Source: a bacterium (lineage in GTDB: Bacteria; SAR324; NAC60-12). Taken from it: a DNA stretch of 64,000 nucleotides. Below, in pieces: positions 1 through 10,508 of this stretch. A model generated the notes under the pieces. The model did no database searches, was not told where the DNA came from, and worked only from the letters and a program-made list of their open reading frames with translations. Both the position numbers and the translations under genes were made by a program. The stretch is taken from NCBI GenBank assembly GCA_965209155.1, contig OZ242383.1:1728001-1792000 (forward strand), in the 5' to 3' direction. Each line of letters opens with the position of its first letter. Positions within the stretch are counted from its first letter, which is position 1.

Positions 1-973
1 TGATCAATCCAAGGATCGTGATTTGAATCAAGCTCATCAAATACGCATTTTTGCGAGTCGCACCCAGACTGATGAGGATGGCCATTTCCCGAAAACGACC
101 GGTGAGGAAGCTGCGAAATAAATATGCCGCGCCCACTCCTGCTAAAAACAAAGCAATCAAGGCAACCAATCCCAAATAGTCATTCAGGTAACCCAAAACT
201 CGTCCCAATTGTTGACTGGCATCGATATGAGTGTCTACATCAATTTTTGGAGATCCGGGATAGAGTTCATTCAGCCGTTCTTGCAACTCGTTTTTCACGG
301 ATTCCACGGAGACACCCTTCGGCAATTTATAATATCGCTCGTAATGGATGCGACTTCCGGTTTGCACCAATCCAGTGTCTGCTATCTGATTAATGCCCAC
401 GTATATGGTGGGAATGCCTGCCAGAAAGGCAACCGTACTGGTCGGATCTTCCAGAACCGTGTCCGCGATGTCAAATGTCGCCTGACCGATTTTGATTGCA
501 TCTCCTTCATTGAATTCAAAGGCAAGCATCAAATCCCGGGCAAGCCAAGCTCCTTTTTGAACGAGGAGCGGTTCCCGCGCCTTCTTGTCTTTGAGGGACC
601 CCTGCTTTTCCAGAATTATATCTCCATAAAGGGGATAATTTTCATCAATCCCAATGATGCGGACCATGCGGGAATTTTGATTACCTGCAACCATTGAGAT
701 GAATTGAATTTGCTCCGCAGTCTCCACCTCCGGACCGAGGGTTTGGGCAAACACGGCAAGTTCCTGCTTGGTGAAGGGTTGATTGGAACCCACGCTCAAG
801 TCTGCAGTGAGGATATTTTTGGAATTCTGCTCCAAGTGTCGATGAATGGAAGTTTTGAATGAATCCAGCGCAATAAAACCAATCAGTCCCAGGGTGAGAT
901 TGATTACAAAAAAAAGACTGAAACGAGAATTGTTACGAATCTCCTTGAGCGCCATCCTGATCCAAAGACTCAT
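1..973 (-). CDS. ABC transporter permease, FtsX/YbbP-like (runs off the window start)
   Basis: My translation from ATG 973 is MSLWIRMALKEIRNNSRFSLFFVINLTLGLIGFIALDSF...ILTADLSV. The start overlaps the ATPase stop (ATGA), and the tesA-ATPase-permease grouping is typical. Confidence 0.8.
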   Translation of the reverse strand, partial: MSLWIRMALKEIRNNSRFSLFFVINLTLGLIGFIALDSFKTSIHRHLEQNSKNILTADLSVGSNQPFTKQELAVFAQTLGPEVETAEQIQFISMVAGNQNSRMVRIIGIDENYPLYGDIILEKQGSLKDKKAREPLLVQKGAWLARDLMLAFEFNEGDAIKIGQATFDIADTVLEDPTSTVAFLAGIPTIYVGINQIADTGLVQTGSRIHYERYYKLPKGVSVESVKNELQERLNELYPGSPKIDVDTHIDASQQLGRVLGYLNDYLGLVALIALFLAGVGAAYLFRSFLTGRFREMAILISLGATRKNAYLMSLIQITILGLI

Positions 974-1629
974 ACGAATTTGCCTTTCTGAAGAATATGC
1001 TTGCGAGAGCAGCGATCGGCCAGGTGCTCGTTGTGAGTGACGAAGAGAAGCGTCATTTTTGTCGATTGGACCAGGTTAAAAAACAAATCAGCAATATGTT
1101 CTCCTGTCTTGTTGTCTAAATTCCCGGTCGGTTCATCTGCAAGTAACAAAGCGGGTCGGACGACGAGCGCGCGCGCGATGGCAACCCGCTGACATTCTCC
1201 GCCACTCAACTGGTGGGGAAAATGATCCTCACGGTGTTCCAGTCCCACTTGCTGTAGTGCTTCCCGGGCTTTGCCGAACGCGTTCGGGTCATGGCTGAGA
1301 TCTAGTGGCAATGAAATATTTTCCAGTGCGGTCAAATGGCTCATCAGGTGAAATTGCTGGAATACGATTCCAATGTTTTGAGCACGGAATTTTGAAAGCG
1401 TTTCTTCATCCATTTCATGCAGCTTTTGTCCAACCAACTGAATAAAACCAGAAGTTGGCTGGTCCAATCCGGCCATCAACGAAAGCAAAGTCGATTTTCC
1501 ACTTCCGGATTGACCCACAATGGCCACGGTCTCCCCCATTTCCATGGTGAGGTTGATTCCCGTGAGGACTTCCACGGGTTTGACTGACGTTTCAAAGGTT
1601 TTGATCAATTCGTTGACTTGTAAGATCAT
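970..1629 (-). CDS. ABC transporter ATP-binding protein (YbbA/LolD-like)
   Basis: Walker A GQSGSGKST, signature LSGGECQR, Walker B LLLADEPTGNLD, H-loop VTH. Confidence 0.95.
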   Translation of the reverse strand: MILQVNELIKTFETSVKPVEVLTGINLTMEMGETVAIVGQSGSGKSTLLSLMAGLDQPTSGFIQLVGQKLHEMDEETLSKFRAQNIGIVFQQFHLMSHLTALENISLPLDLSHDPNAFGKAREALQQVGLEHREDHFPHQLSGGECQRVAIARALVVRPALLLADEPTGNLDNKTGEHIADLFFNLVQSTKMTLLFVTHNEHLADRCSRKHILQKGKFV

Positions 1630-1720
1630 AAAAATAATAAGTAGAAAAAAATCGGAAGAATTTATCTACAACAAGATTTGACCCGCTAATTCCAGCATCT
1701 CGAGTTGAGTAGTAAAAGAA

Positions 1721-2359
1721 TCAGGATTTTGGCAGTAAGGGTAAAAGATTTTCTAAAACGTGCCTGGCAATTATTTGATGCCCCCTGGAATTGGGATGAA
1801 TGCCGTCTGGCAAGTTCATTTCGGGGCGGGCTGCCACTCCATCCAATAAAAAAGGGATGAAGGGGATCTTGAATTCTTCAGCAAGCTGCGGGTACACGGC
1901 TTCAAATTCTTTGGTATACTGAATTCCGTAGTTAGGTGGAATCTTGATACCTGCTAATACGACCTGGATATTGCGCTCCAGGGCCAATTTGATTGCCATT
2001 GCCAGATTTTTTTTCATTGCCTGGGGATCCAAACCACGCAGTCCGTCGTTGGCGCCGAGCGCTAAAACCAGAATGGTCGGTTTAATACGCAAATACCATT
2101 TCACGCGGGAAAGAGCACTAGCTGAAGTGGATCCACTGATACCGGCATTGATTACTTTAATATCTTTGTATCCTTTCGCTTTCAGGGCCTGTTCAAAAAG
2201 ATAAGGAAAGGCTTCTGATTTTTCCAGTCCATAGCCCTCTGTCAACGAATCTCCCAAAAAAACTATCGTCGTGGTCGCCTGAGCGATCCCGAGTGTTCCC
2301 CCTGTTAAAATGAGGCCCCATACACCCAGTAACAACAGAAATAGTAACTTCAGATTCAT
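1721..2359 (-). CDS. tesA: Arylesterase / acyl-CoA thioesterase I (SGNH/GDSL hydrolase) with signal peptide
   Basis: GDSL motif FLGDSLTEG, NAGISG, GANDGLRG, DGIHPN. Likely start is MNLKLL at 2359. Confidence 0.9.
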   Translation of the reverse strand: MNLKLLFLLLLGVWGLILTGGTLGIAQATTTIVFLGDSLTEGYGLEKSEAFPYLFEQALKAKGYKDIKVINAGISGSTSASALSRVKWYLRIKPTILVLALGANDGLRGLDPQAMKKNLAMAIKLALERNIQVVLAGIKIPPNYGIQYTKEFEAVYPQLAEEFKIPFIPFLLDGVAARPEMNLPDGIHPNSRGHQIIARHVLENLLPLLPKS

Positions 2360-2478
2360 ATTGACGCCATTATCATTTAAATTGTAATTCTCCAAGAAGT
2401 GAGGGAGTATGTCGGGATTTCTCCTACCCTCTTGACAGAGGTTATCATAGCAGGAGTATCTAATTTATTGGAAACGAA

Positions 2479-2668
2479 ATGCGAATCAGGATTTGAAATT
2501 TAATTTATAAAATGAATAATTTACTAATTATGATGTGTCATGCTGGTCCCGGATCATCCTGGACTGGATCCGGGACCAGGATGATACGGCATCCAAAATA
2601 TCGCCCGTATCCCCCTGGATTCCTGGTCAAGCCAGGAATGACACGTTTTTGAACTCCTGATTCACGTA
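2479..2668. repeat. MITE-like palindromic element, family A (single-unit copy)
   Basis: Ends ATGCGAATCAGGA / TCCTGATTCACGT are imperfect inverted repeats. Internal palindromes include CCTGGTCAAGCCAGG and GGTCCCGGATC...GATCCGGGACC. It is homologous to 13424-13667 in the opposite orientation. Confidence 0.8.
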
Positions 2669-2669
2669 A

Positions 2670-2792
2670 ACGAATCAATTTTATAGTATCCCCTTGTGGA
2701 AATAAAGGGTCATGTCGGATTTCCTCGATACGATTGATTTTTTCATGGATGGCGGGCTGAGATCTTTTCGCTGACGTATAAATTTGTATCAA
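2670..2792 (-). pseudogene. Possible RelE/ParE-like toxin remnant truncated by the MITE
   Basis: MIQIYTSAKR...KINRIEEIRHDPLFPQGDTIKL resembles a RelE-family N-terminal half. The frame then runs into the repeat. Confidence 0.3.
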
Positions 2793-2934
2793 TTTGTATC
2801 ACTAACTGCAGAAACAGGTCGTCGGATCTCATTCTAGATATTCTGCGGTATCAACCGACTTTACAAGCGACGAAAAAATTTGTAATAATAAGGAGAACTC
2901 TCATGACGTGCTGTGTCTTTTGCAACAACCGATT

Positions 2935-4107
2935 ATGAATATCAAGACAAACAAACAGACCGGGCCTTTAGTTGGTTTGAAAGTGCTGGAATTGGCAGGC
3001 ATAGGTCCCGGTCCACTCTGCGCTATGTTACTTGCAGACATGGGTGCCGATGTGCTCCGCATTGACCGAAATAAACCCTCCGGATTGGGAACCCCCCGTC
3101 CTGGTAAATACGATCTACTGCGCCGTAACCGACCTTCGGTATCAGTTGATTTAAAAAACCGGGGAGGAGTCGAAACGGTCTTGCGGTTGATCAGTGACGC
3201 CGATGTAATGATAGACCCTTTCCGTCCGGGAGTGACTGAAAAACTGGGTTTGGGTCCACAAGAATGTTTCTTACGCAACAAGAGGCTGATTTATGCGCGG
3301 ATGACGGGATGGGGACAAAGCGGTCCACTTTCCCACTCAGCCGGCCACGATATCAATTATTTAGCGCTCACCGGAATCTTGCATGCAATTGGTCCCAAAG
3401 AAAAACCCGTTCCTCCATTAAACGTGGTAGCCGATATGGGGGGAGGTGGTATGTTTTTGGCATTTGGAATTCTGGCTGCTGTCTTTGAATCCCAACACTC
3501 GCATCAAGGGCAGGTTGTCGATGTCAGCATGACCGAAGGTGCCGCTTACCTGGCAACCGGCAACTTTGGGTTGATGGCAGCAGAACAATGGACGAACCAG
3601 CGTGAAGATAATCTCCTCGATGGCGGAGCCCATTTTTACGGGACTTACGAAACAAAAGATGGTTTGTTTATCTCCCTCGGTTCCATAGAAGCCAAATTTT
3701 ATCAACTTCTTTTGGAAAAACTGGGATTGGACTCCGAGGAATTGCCTGCCCAAATGGACCGGAGCCATTGGCCGATGATGCGTGAAAAATTTACAAAAAT
3801 TTTCAAGACCAGAACCCGGAGTGAGTGGTGTGAGATTCTCGAAGGGAGCGATGTTTGTTTTGCCCCCGTCCTCTCTTTTGAAGAGGCATCCAGGCATGCT
3901 CACAATCAGGAAAGAAACAGCTATGGAGAAATTGAAGGTGTGATCCATCCCAACTCAGCGCCGAAGTTCAGTCGAACCCCTTCCTCTTTGTCTGCTAAGG
4001 TTCCTGCTTATGGTGAGAATACGGCAGAAGGATTGCGTGCTTGGGGATTATCTGAGGAAGAAATCGAAAAATTGAAGGCAAGCAAAGCTATTGGCTGGCA
4101 AGGTTGA
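2935..4107 (+). CDS. CaiB/BaiF family III CoA-transferase (alpha-methylacyl-CoA racemase-like)
   Basis: LVGLKVLELAGIGPGP, DPFRPGV, GWGQSGP, AGHDINY, ADMGGG. Confidence 0.92.
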   Translation: MNIKTNKQTGPLVGLKVLELAGIGPGPLCAMLLADMGADVLRIDRNKPSGLGTPRPGKYDLLRRNRPSVSVDLKNRGGVETVLRLISDADVMIDPFRPGVTEKLGLGPQECFLRNKRLIYARMTGWGQSGPLSHSAGHDINYLALTGILHAIGPKEKPVPPLNVVADMGGGGMFLAFGILAAVFESQHSHQGQVVDVSMTEGAAYLATGNFGLMAAEQWTNQREDNLLDGGAHFYGTYETKDGLFISLGSIEAKFYQLLLEKLGLDSEELPAQMDRSHWPMMREKFTKIFKTRTRSEWCEILEGSDVCFAPVLSFEEASRHAHNQERNSYGEIEGVIHPNSAPKFSRTPSSLSAKVPAYGENTAEGLRAWGLSEEEIEKLKASKAIGWQG

Positions 4108-4152
4108 ACTTGATTTTAATCTCGAGAAATAAATAAAGACCGGAGCCCCTGT

Positions 4153-4914
4153 TCAATTTTCGCAAGTTCCTAAATCCCCAAAAAGAAATTGCAACAGAGA
4201 AATAATGGCAATCACTGCTGTTTCACTGCGTAATGTCCGGGGACCCAACGAAAGCTTTCGCATACCAAAGTGGCAGGCTTGTACCATCTCCTCCGGATGC
4301 AGGCCACCTTCTGGTCCCACGATTACGCGATGCTTCGGTGCATCAGATTGCTTCAATCGATGTAAATTCATAATGGGAAAAGATAATGAATCAGGTTGGG
4401 GAGATAGCACCCATTGATAAGTGCAAGGTGTCAACGATGAAAGCACCTCCTGCAAGCTGTTAAAAAATAATATGTCAGGAGGTAACCGGCGTCCACACTG
4501 TTTACATGCTGCTTGCGCAATTTTCTTCCAACGTCGTAGAGTATTTTCATGATTGGAGGCTTTGAGGGTGCGTGGAGAATAGCATGAAGAAAATATCAGA
4601 ATCCGGGTGGCTCCCAATTCCGTCGCTTTTTGAATGATCCAGAACAAAGCCTTTTCTTTGGTTATGGCAACGATGAGGTCCAACTGCAACGGAGATGGAA
4701 GAAGAGGAGAGAGTTCTTTCAGCACCTGAAAATCGAGCACAGATCGCGAAACACTCTCCACGACGGCTGAAAAATGTCGGTGTTCTTGATCTTGAATTTC
4801 AAAAATTTCCCCAACCCGGACACGTCGGGCATGGAGAAGGTGCCGGGCTTCTTCTCCAGTAAGCCGATTTTTTTGTCCTGCTATCAACAGGCCGTTAAAT
4901 AAAAAATATGCCAC
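4153..4914 (-). CDS. rsmE: 16S rRNA m3U1498 methyltransferase
   Basis: HLLHARRV, IQKATELG, AACKQCGR, VGPEGG, LGPRTLRSETA. The GTG start at 4914 is assumed. Confidence 0.9.
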   Translation of the reverse strand: MAYFLFNGLLIAGQKNRLTGEEARHLLHARRVRVGEIFEIQDQEHRHFSAVVESVSRSVLDFQVLKELSPLLPSPLQLDLIVAITKEKALFWIIQKATELGATRILIFSSCYSPRTLKASNHENTLRRWKKIAQAACKQCGRRLPPDILFFNSLQEVLSSLTPCTYQWVLSPQPDSLSFPIMNLHRLKQSDAPKHRVIVGPEGGLHPEEMVQACHFGMRKLSLGPRTLRSETAVIAIISLLQFLFGDLGTCEN

Positions 4915-5035
4915 CTTACTTCCATTCCCGATCTTGACACACCCATCATTCCGCATTATTTTGTAAGGATACTCTCTCCAGGAAAAATCACGATCATCCG
5001 TACGTGCTCACCTTACATTCAAAGACGACAAGAGT

Positions 5036-5470
5036 ATGACAAAAACCGTATTGTTACTCAATGGTCCGAATCTTAATTTATTGGGTATTCGTGAACCCGA
5101 CATCTATGGAAATACGACACTTTCTGAAGTAGAAAAGAAAATCTTCGCTTTTTTCAAGAAAAAACAGATCACGTGTCGAGCGTTTCAATCCAATTCGGAA
5201 GGAGGAATGATCGATTGGCTGCATGGGAATCAAGACGCTGATTTTTTATTGATGAATCCGGGAGGGTTCACACACACCAGCATTGCACTTCGGGACGCAA
5301 TACTGGGAATTCAAATCCCTTTGATTGAAATCCACATTTCCAATATTTTCAAACGAGAGCCCTTTCGAAAACATTCTTATTTTTCTGATATTGCCATAGG
5401 ATCGATAGTTGGACTGGGAATACAAGGTTACGAATTGGCAGCTCGGGCTAGTTTAGATTATTTACGATAA
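5036..5470 (+). CDS. aroQ: Type II 3-dehydroquinate dehydratase
   Basis: LLNGPNLNLLGIREPDIYG, QSNSEG, NPGGFTHTSIALRDA, EIHISN, REPFR. Confidence 0.97.
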   Translation: MTKTVLLLNGPNLNLLGIREPDIYGNTTLSEVEKKIFAFFKKKQITCRAFQSNSEGGMIDWLHGNQDADFLLMNPGGFTHTSIALRDAILGIQIPLIEIHISNIFKREPFRKHSYFSDIAIGSIVGLGIQGYELAARASLDYLR

Positions 5471-5471
5471 A

Positions 5472-8063
5472 TTGCTTGTGTTCACATTCCGGCTTGTTCT
5501 GATAAGCGTGTTTTTTTGGGGGAATATCACGATTCCTCTCGTAGCCGCCCAGGGGATGTCGGAATTAAAAATCGAGACCCAGTCGTATTTAATTGATGGC
5601 CAGACTTACAGTGCTGAAAACGCCACATTGACCTGGGCTGACATCACGGTAGAAGCCGGGATCGTTAGTTTTGACTTGGAAAGCAAATCCCTTGTTGCCA
5701 GCAACTTCGTAAGATATACGGATTCTCGGATCATTGCCATTTTAGATCGCTTGGAACTCGATTTGAATACCCAACAAGGGATCTTCTATAATGTGGCTTT
5801 GTATGATGCCGCCACACAAGCATTTTTAACTGCAAAGGAAGCTCGCAAAATCGGCAAATTGCGGTTTGTTGCAAAAGATTGCTCCTTCACTACCTGTGAC
5901 CCACAAAACCCTGTCTGGAAGATTCAAGGCGCGCAAGTCAATTATCAGGGAGAAAATTTTTCTTCGGCCCAAGGAGTCAATTTACTGATCCAAGGTATTC
6001 CGGTCTTTTATTTTCCTTATCTCTTCTGGCCCACGGTCACAAAACGCCAAAGTGGATTTTTAGCGCCTTCCTATGAAGTCATCTCCAGCACGGAAGAAAA
6101 ATTCAACTTGGGCTTTAAATTTCAATTTCCTTACTTCTGGAGTATTGCTCAAGATCAAAATCTCACCATGACGGCAGATCTCATTGAAAACCGTGGTCTT
6201 GGAATCGGGATTCAATATGAATATGCCTTCGCAAAAAACTCAAGAGGAGAATGGAACATCTGGGCAACGCGAGAAAATCAAAGACGTGACCCGGTACAAG
6301 AGAGTGGGCGACTGAAAGCGAAGGATATCACCGATTTCCCGTTGCAACCCATCCGCTATAAACTTCAATTCAAGCATAACCAGAATTGGGGAGAGCGGAC
6401 TCAATTTTTCCTCATGGGTCAGATTTTTAGTGACAGTCAATTCCAAAGGGAATATGAACAAGTGCGTGAACCCAATCCAAATTATTCCCAGGACCTCAAC
6501 CTGGGTCTCTCCTATCAATTTGAGTCGGGAAACGTCAGTTTTCTCATTGACCGGGAGTTGGTGTTTGAAGAAGTAGCTCTTTTCAATCGAAATATCATTG
6601 AAACCCGGGTTCAACGTCTGCCAGAGATTTCCTTTAATTACAGCGACGATCTCTTTCAGGTTCCGCTCACTTTTGAATTGGAAGGTGTGCTCACCCGTTT
6701 TCACCGGGACAAAGGTTTGGTTGGATGGCGAGAAATTTTCATCCCCGGTCTACGCTATCGCTTTGAGCTTTTTAACGGAGTCAATGTGACGTTCAGCCGG
6801 AGCAAACGATTGTCATACTACCAGGCTTATAACCCCGGAATGCCCGTAATATACGCGGATGGTAAACTGGCATTGGGTTCGCGTGAATATCGAGAAATTT
6901 TTCATGGTATAGATATCGGCGATGCGGAAGTGAACACAACGTTTTCCCGAGTATTTGTTTCAGAAAAGGGAAAATTCAGTCACCTCAAGCACCTGATAAC
7001 CCCTCGTCTGATATTTGAAGCGATTGCGGACGTCAATCAAGAAGAGACCAGGTCTTTGATTTTACCAACATCGAGGAATCCTGACCCGGCGCCTGTTGAT
7101 TTTTTTGATAGAGAGGATAGCTTGCCCGGCATGCGATTGCTCACTTTACGACTCGATAACCTGTTCCTGGTCAAAAGACATTCGCAGGCAAGAGAGGTCA
7201 CGCTCCCGGAGTATTCCATTGATCAATTGAAAAACCGGATGAGCGAGAATATTTACGATCGGTTGCAAGCGTTGGTCGATGAGAAATTTTTTTCGGAAAC
7301 CGCTTTTTTGTTGCAATTAAGAACGTTGTTTTCCAATAAACTCACTGTGAAACAGGAAGAACTCATTCTCTCGTATCTACAAAAAAGCGTCCGCAGCCCA
7401 GGTGAAAATTCAGTGAGAGATTCTGGTCGAGAGAGCAAAAGTAGCATACTTTCCCGTTTGAATATCATCCAACGGATAAATCTTTTGCGGGAAGATAAAA
7501 ACTTCGTTCCAAAGGGTCCGCAGATCGAAGATCAGGAAACCGAACCTGGAGAAGCATTACTTCCTTTGCAAATTGAAGGGCAATTGAATCCTGATCCCCG
7601 GTTTTCAATAGATTTTTTTCTGCGATATGGTTATCAGGCTAAACGAGTATTGGAATCAAAAGCGAACCTTAACGTCCGGATCAGCGCCAGCAATCGGGCG
7701 CAAATTCAATTTCACAACAATGAGTCCGCCTATCGCACACCAAAAAATGTGTTTCATGATAAAACCAATACCCTCAGCTTCGGCAGTATATTTGAAGCCA
7801 GGGACGATTTGTCTTTCGGGTTCAGTGGGAAACTCAATTTGAATAACTCTGATAAAAATGTCTCAGGTCGACGCTTAATTGAAGACTCATTTTTTATCGA
7901 CTATCGTCCGAATTGTTACACCATCAGTCTCGTCTTCAAAGAATTGGTAGAACGCACCGTTACCAGTAGTGGCGAACGAAAAGAAATCGTTGATCCCTCC
8001 ATCACCCTGAAAATCTCCCTCGGTGAGGTATTGCCATTACCGCGACAAAAATTTCAACTATAA
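5472..8063 (+). CDS. lptD: LPS-assembly outer-membrane protein LptD
   Basis: Signal peptide, FTTCD...W, PVFYFPY...KRQSGFLAP, PYFWSI, QRLPEI, HLITPRL, YRPNCY; 863 aa. Confidence 0.8.
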   Translation: MLVFTFRLVLISVFFWGNITIPLVAAQGMSELKIETQSYLIDGQTYSAENATLTWADITVEAGIVSFDLESKSLVASNFVRYTDSRIIAILDRLELDLNTQQGIFYNVALYDAATQAFLTAKEARKIGKLRFVAKDCSFTTCDPQNPVWKIQGAQVNYQGENFSSAQGVNLLIQGIPVFYFPYLFWPTVTKRQSGFLAPSYEVISSTEEKFNLGFKFQFPYFWSIAQDQNLTMTADLIENRGLGIGIQYEYAFAKNSRGEWNIWATRENQRRDPVQESGRLKAKDITDFPLQPIRYKLQFKHNQNWGERTQFFLMGQIFSDSQFQREYEQVREPNPNYSQDLNLGLSYQFESGNVSFLIDRELVFEEVALFNRNIIETRVQRLPEISFNYSDDLFQVPLTFELEGVLTRFHRDKGLVGWREIFIPGLRYRFELFNGVNVTFSRSKRLSYYQAYNPGMPVIYADGKLALGSREYREIFHGIDIGDAEVNTTFSRVFVSEKGKFSHLKHLITPRLIFEAIADVNQEETRSLILPTSRNPDPAPVDFFDREDSLPGMRLLTLRLDNLFLVKRHSQAREVTLPEYSIDQLKNRMSENIYDRLQALVDEKFFSETAFLLQLRTLFSNKLTVKQEELILSYLQKSVRSPGENSVRDSGRESKSSILSRLNIIQRINLLREDKNFVPKGPQIEDQETEPGEALLPLQIEGQLNPDPRFSIDFFLRYGYQAKRVLESKANLNVRISASNRAQIQFHNNESAYRTPKNVFHDKTNTLSFGSIFEARDDLSFGFSGKLNLNNSDKNVSGRRLIEDSFFIDYRPNCYTISLVFKELVERTVTSSGERKEIVDPSITLKISLGEVLPLPRQKFQL

Positions 8064-8065
8064 AC

Positions 8066-8926
8066 TTGTGGCTGCCATCAATGAGTTCCTGGTATTTTCA
8101 CGCCTTGCTGATTTTCTTGTTCATATTCCACCTGAACCTGACAGGTAACGCTCAAACTCAAAGCGTGAATTCAGGGAAAGTCATCTCCGCCCTGTTCGAC
8201 ACGGAAGCCGTTTCGGTTTCAAATTCGGGTGAACGGACGGAGACGTCAGAAGTAAGTTCCATTCATGCAGCAGCCACTCCAAGCATGGAAAAACGAAGTC
8301 TGGAATCTCACGGTGTGTTGAAAATTCCAGACCCCAAATTCATTGCGGAACGTGCTTCCATCCGTTCGCAAGGCGCATATTTTGGGGTGGGTTTTCAACA
8401 AGTACGATTAGATTTTAGAGAGGGGGGCTCTATTTTCAGCAATGATAGCGCTCTCAATGGAATTGCAGTCAACCTGGGATATTTTACGGAAATGTTCAAA
8501 TTGGAATATACCCGTCATGCGATCATCCTGGATCTTGAAGAATCTTTGCAGAAGCAAGATCTCTTTTTCAATAATGTGGAGGCGATCCAAAACAACTTCT
8601 GGTATTTTCGGGTATTACAGCTGATCCCGGATCTCTATTTTAATTTTGGAATAGGAGTTCAGACTTCGGAAGTGCGTTTGACCCTCAAAGCATCATCAGA
8701 CCTGATTGATACGGATTCGAGCCTGTCTGAGTCTTCTGCGCTATACCAGGAAGGTTCACTGCTATTCGGTGGCGGTTTTTCCTATTTTCTGACTTCCAAT
8801 TTCTTCATGCAATATCGTTTTACATATGGTGGCTTTTCACCCTGGATCACAGGCTCCACAGTTAAAAACGCTTTGCAATCCAATCAGAATCACACCTTTT
8901 TTTTGCAGTATTATTTTTCCCTTTAA
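8066..8926 (+). CDS. Putative outer-membrane beta-barrel protein
   Basis: Signal peptide, amphipathic strands (YFGVGFQQ, LYFNFGIG, FGGGFSYF), aromatic C-terminus; located directly after lptD. Confidence 0.6.
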   Translation: MWLPSMSSWYFHALLIFLFIFHLNLTGNAQTQSVNSGKVISALFDTEAVSVSNSGERTETSEVSSIHAAATPSMEKRSLESHGVLKIPDPKFIAERASIRSQGAYFGVGFQQVRLDFREGGSIFSNDSALNGIAVNLGYFTEMFKLEYTRHAIILDLEESLQKQDLFFNNVEAIQNNFWYFRVLQLIPDLYFNFGIGVQTSEVRLTLKASSDLIDTDSSLSESSALYQEGSLLFGGGFSYFLTSNFFMQYRFTYGGFSPWITGSTVKNALQSNQNHTFFLQYYFSL

Positions 8927-9016
8927 GGTTCTGATTCAAATCTTTGGAGTTTGAAATGCGCACTTTCCCATTGAGATGAGATTCAGAATATTTTATGGAT
9001 TGACGTTTATAAAACC

Positions 9017-10366
9017 CTAAACCAGATATTCCAACATACTGAGGGTGATACCCAGGTAAATCAGAATGCCGAGCACGTCATTGGCAGTCGTAATGAAGGG
9101 ACCTGTGGCAATGGCGGGATCAATGTCGATTCGTTTGAGCAGAATAGGGATCACCGAACCCACTGTAGCAGCCATACTCACCACTGCCAGCAAGGCTAAT
9201 CCCGCAATGATTCCCATTTTGACGTTGGTCGTGATGAAGTAAACCATTGCAAAAAAGATCAATGCGCAAACAGGACCGTTCAACAGACTCACGCGAATCT
9301 CTTTCCAAAGCCGTCGCAGTAAATCGGAGGGGTGAATCTCTCCGGTTCCCAACCCTCGAACGACGATGGATGAAGATTGAATGGCGATATTTCCTCCAAG
9401 TGCTGCCACCAGGGGGATGAAAAACATCACTTGAGGCAACCGGGTCAAGACCCCTTCATAGTGGCTCATGGCAAATGCGGCAATAAAACCACCAAACAAT
9501 CCTAAAATCAGCCATGGAAGGCGGTCCTTGGAGGAACGAACTATTGAAGTGTCCAATACCTCTTCGCTGCCGGTTCCGGCAATATGAGCCAGGTCTTCCT
9601 GATATTCTTCTTGAAGTACATCCATCAAATCATCCACCGTGATTCGTCCGATGAGTTTCAGGTATTTATCAATCACCGGAATGACTACAAGATCGTATTC
9701 CTGGGCAATTCGCGCAACTGCCTCTTGGTCCATATCCACGTCAACCGCCACGACATTGGGACTCATCAATTGAGAAATACGCAGGTGAGGTTCTGCCAGT
9801 AAAAGTTGATTCGGAGAAACAATGCCAATTAAATGGCGAAATTCGTCAACCACGTATACTGCGTAGAACGTTTCTATTTCTTCCTGTACAATGTATTCAC
9901 GAATTCTCTGAATGGCACCAAAAACAGTTTGATCTTTTTCCACCGAAACCACATTGGGATCCATAATCCCACCCGCGCTCTCTTCATCGTATTTCATCAA
10001 AGTCGTGATTTCTTCACGATCTTTACTGGGCAGCGTTTCTAAAACCTCCTCGGCCTTGGTGTCATCTAATATCGCCACCATGTCAACGGCATCATCACCA
10101 TCCATTTCTTCAATGATTTCACCTAATTGCTCCGTATTCATCTCACTCACAATGTCGGAAAGCACCGGAGAATGTTGCCGGAGATGATTCAGTACGTCGG
10201 AAGCGATTTCTTTATTTATGGTATTCAACACCACTAGCTGGTGTTTGAGCTTCAGTTGCATAAGACTGTTTGCGATCTCCACACTGTCGAGTTCTTTGAG
10301 CAGACCACGCAATCCCTCCAACTTTTCGGCATTGATCAGTTTTTTGATTAGCTTATATGCAGCCAT
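9017..10366 (-). CDS. mgtE: Magnesium transporter MgtE
   Basis: YDEESAGGIM, CBS pair, GRITVDD, RLPWL, GGNIAIQS, DPAIATGPFITTANDV. Confidence 0.96.
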   Translation of the reverse strand: MAAYKLIKKLINAEKLEGLRGLLKELDSVEIANSLMQLKLKHQLVVLNTINKEIASDVLNHLRQHSPVLSDIVSEMNTEQLGEIIEEMDGDDAVDMVAILDDTKAEEVLETLPSKDREEITTLMKYDEESAGGIMDPNVVSVEKDQTVFGAIQRIREYIVQEEIETFYAVYVVDEFRHLIGIVSPNQLLLAEPHLRISQLMSPNVVAVDVDMDQEAVARIAQEYDLVVIPVIDKYLKLIGRITVDDLMDVLQEEYQEDLAHIAGTGSEEVLDTSIVRSSKDRLPWLILGLFGGFIAAFAMSHYEGVLTRLPQVMFFIPLVAALGGNIAIQSSSIVVRGLGTGEIHPSDLLRRLWKEIRVSLLNGPVCALIFFAMVYFITTNVKMGIIAGLALLAVVSMAATVGSVIPILLKRIDIDPAIATGPFITTANDVLGILIYLGITLSMLEYLV

Positions 10367-10508
10367 GAAAATCTATCGACTGAAGTTTTCCCCTCGAACT
10401 TTATTTCCGGCGATATCGCCTCAATTCGATGGCAATGATGAAACTGGACAAGATTAAAGACACCACGCAGAACAAAAATGAGGATAGTCTCCATTGAATA
10501 CTCCGTAG

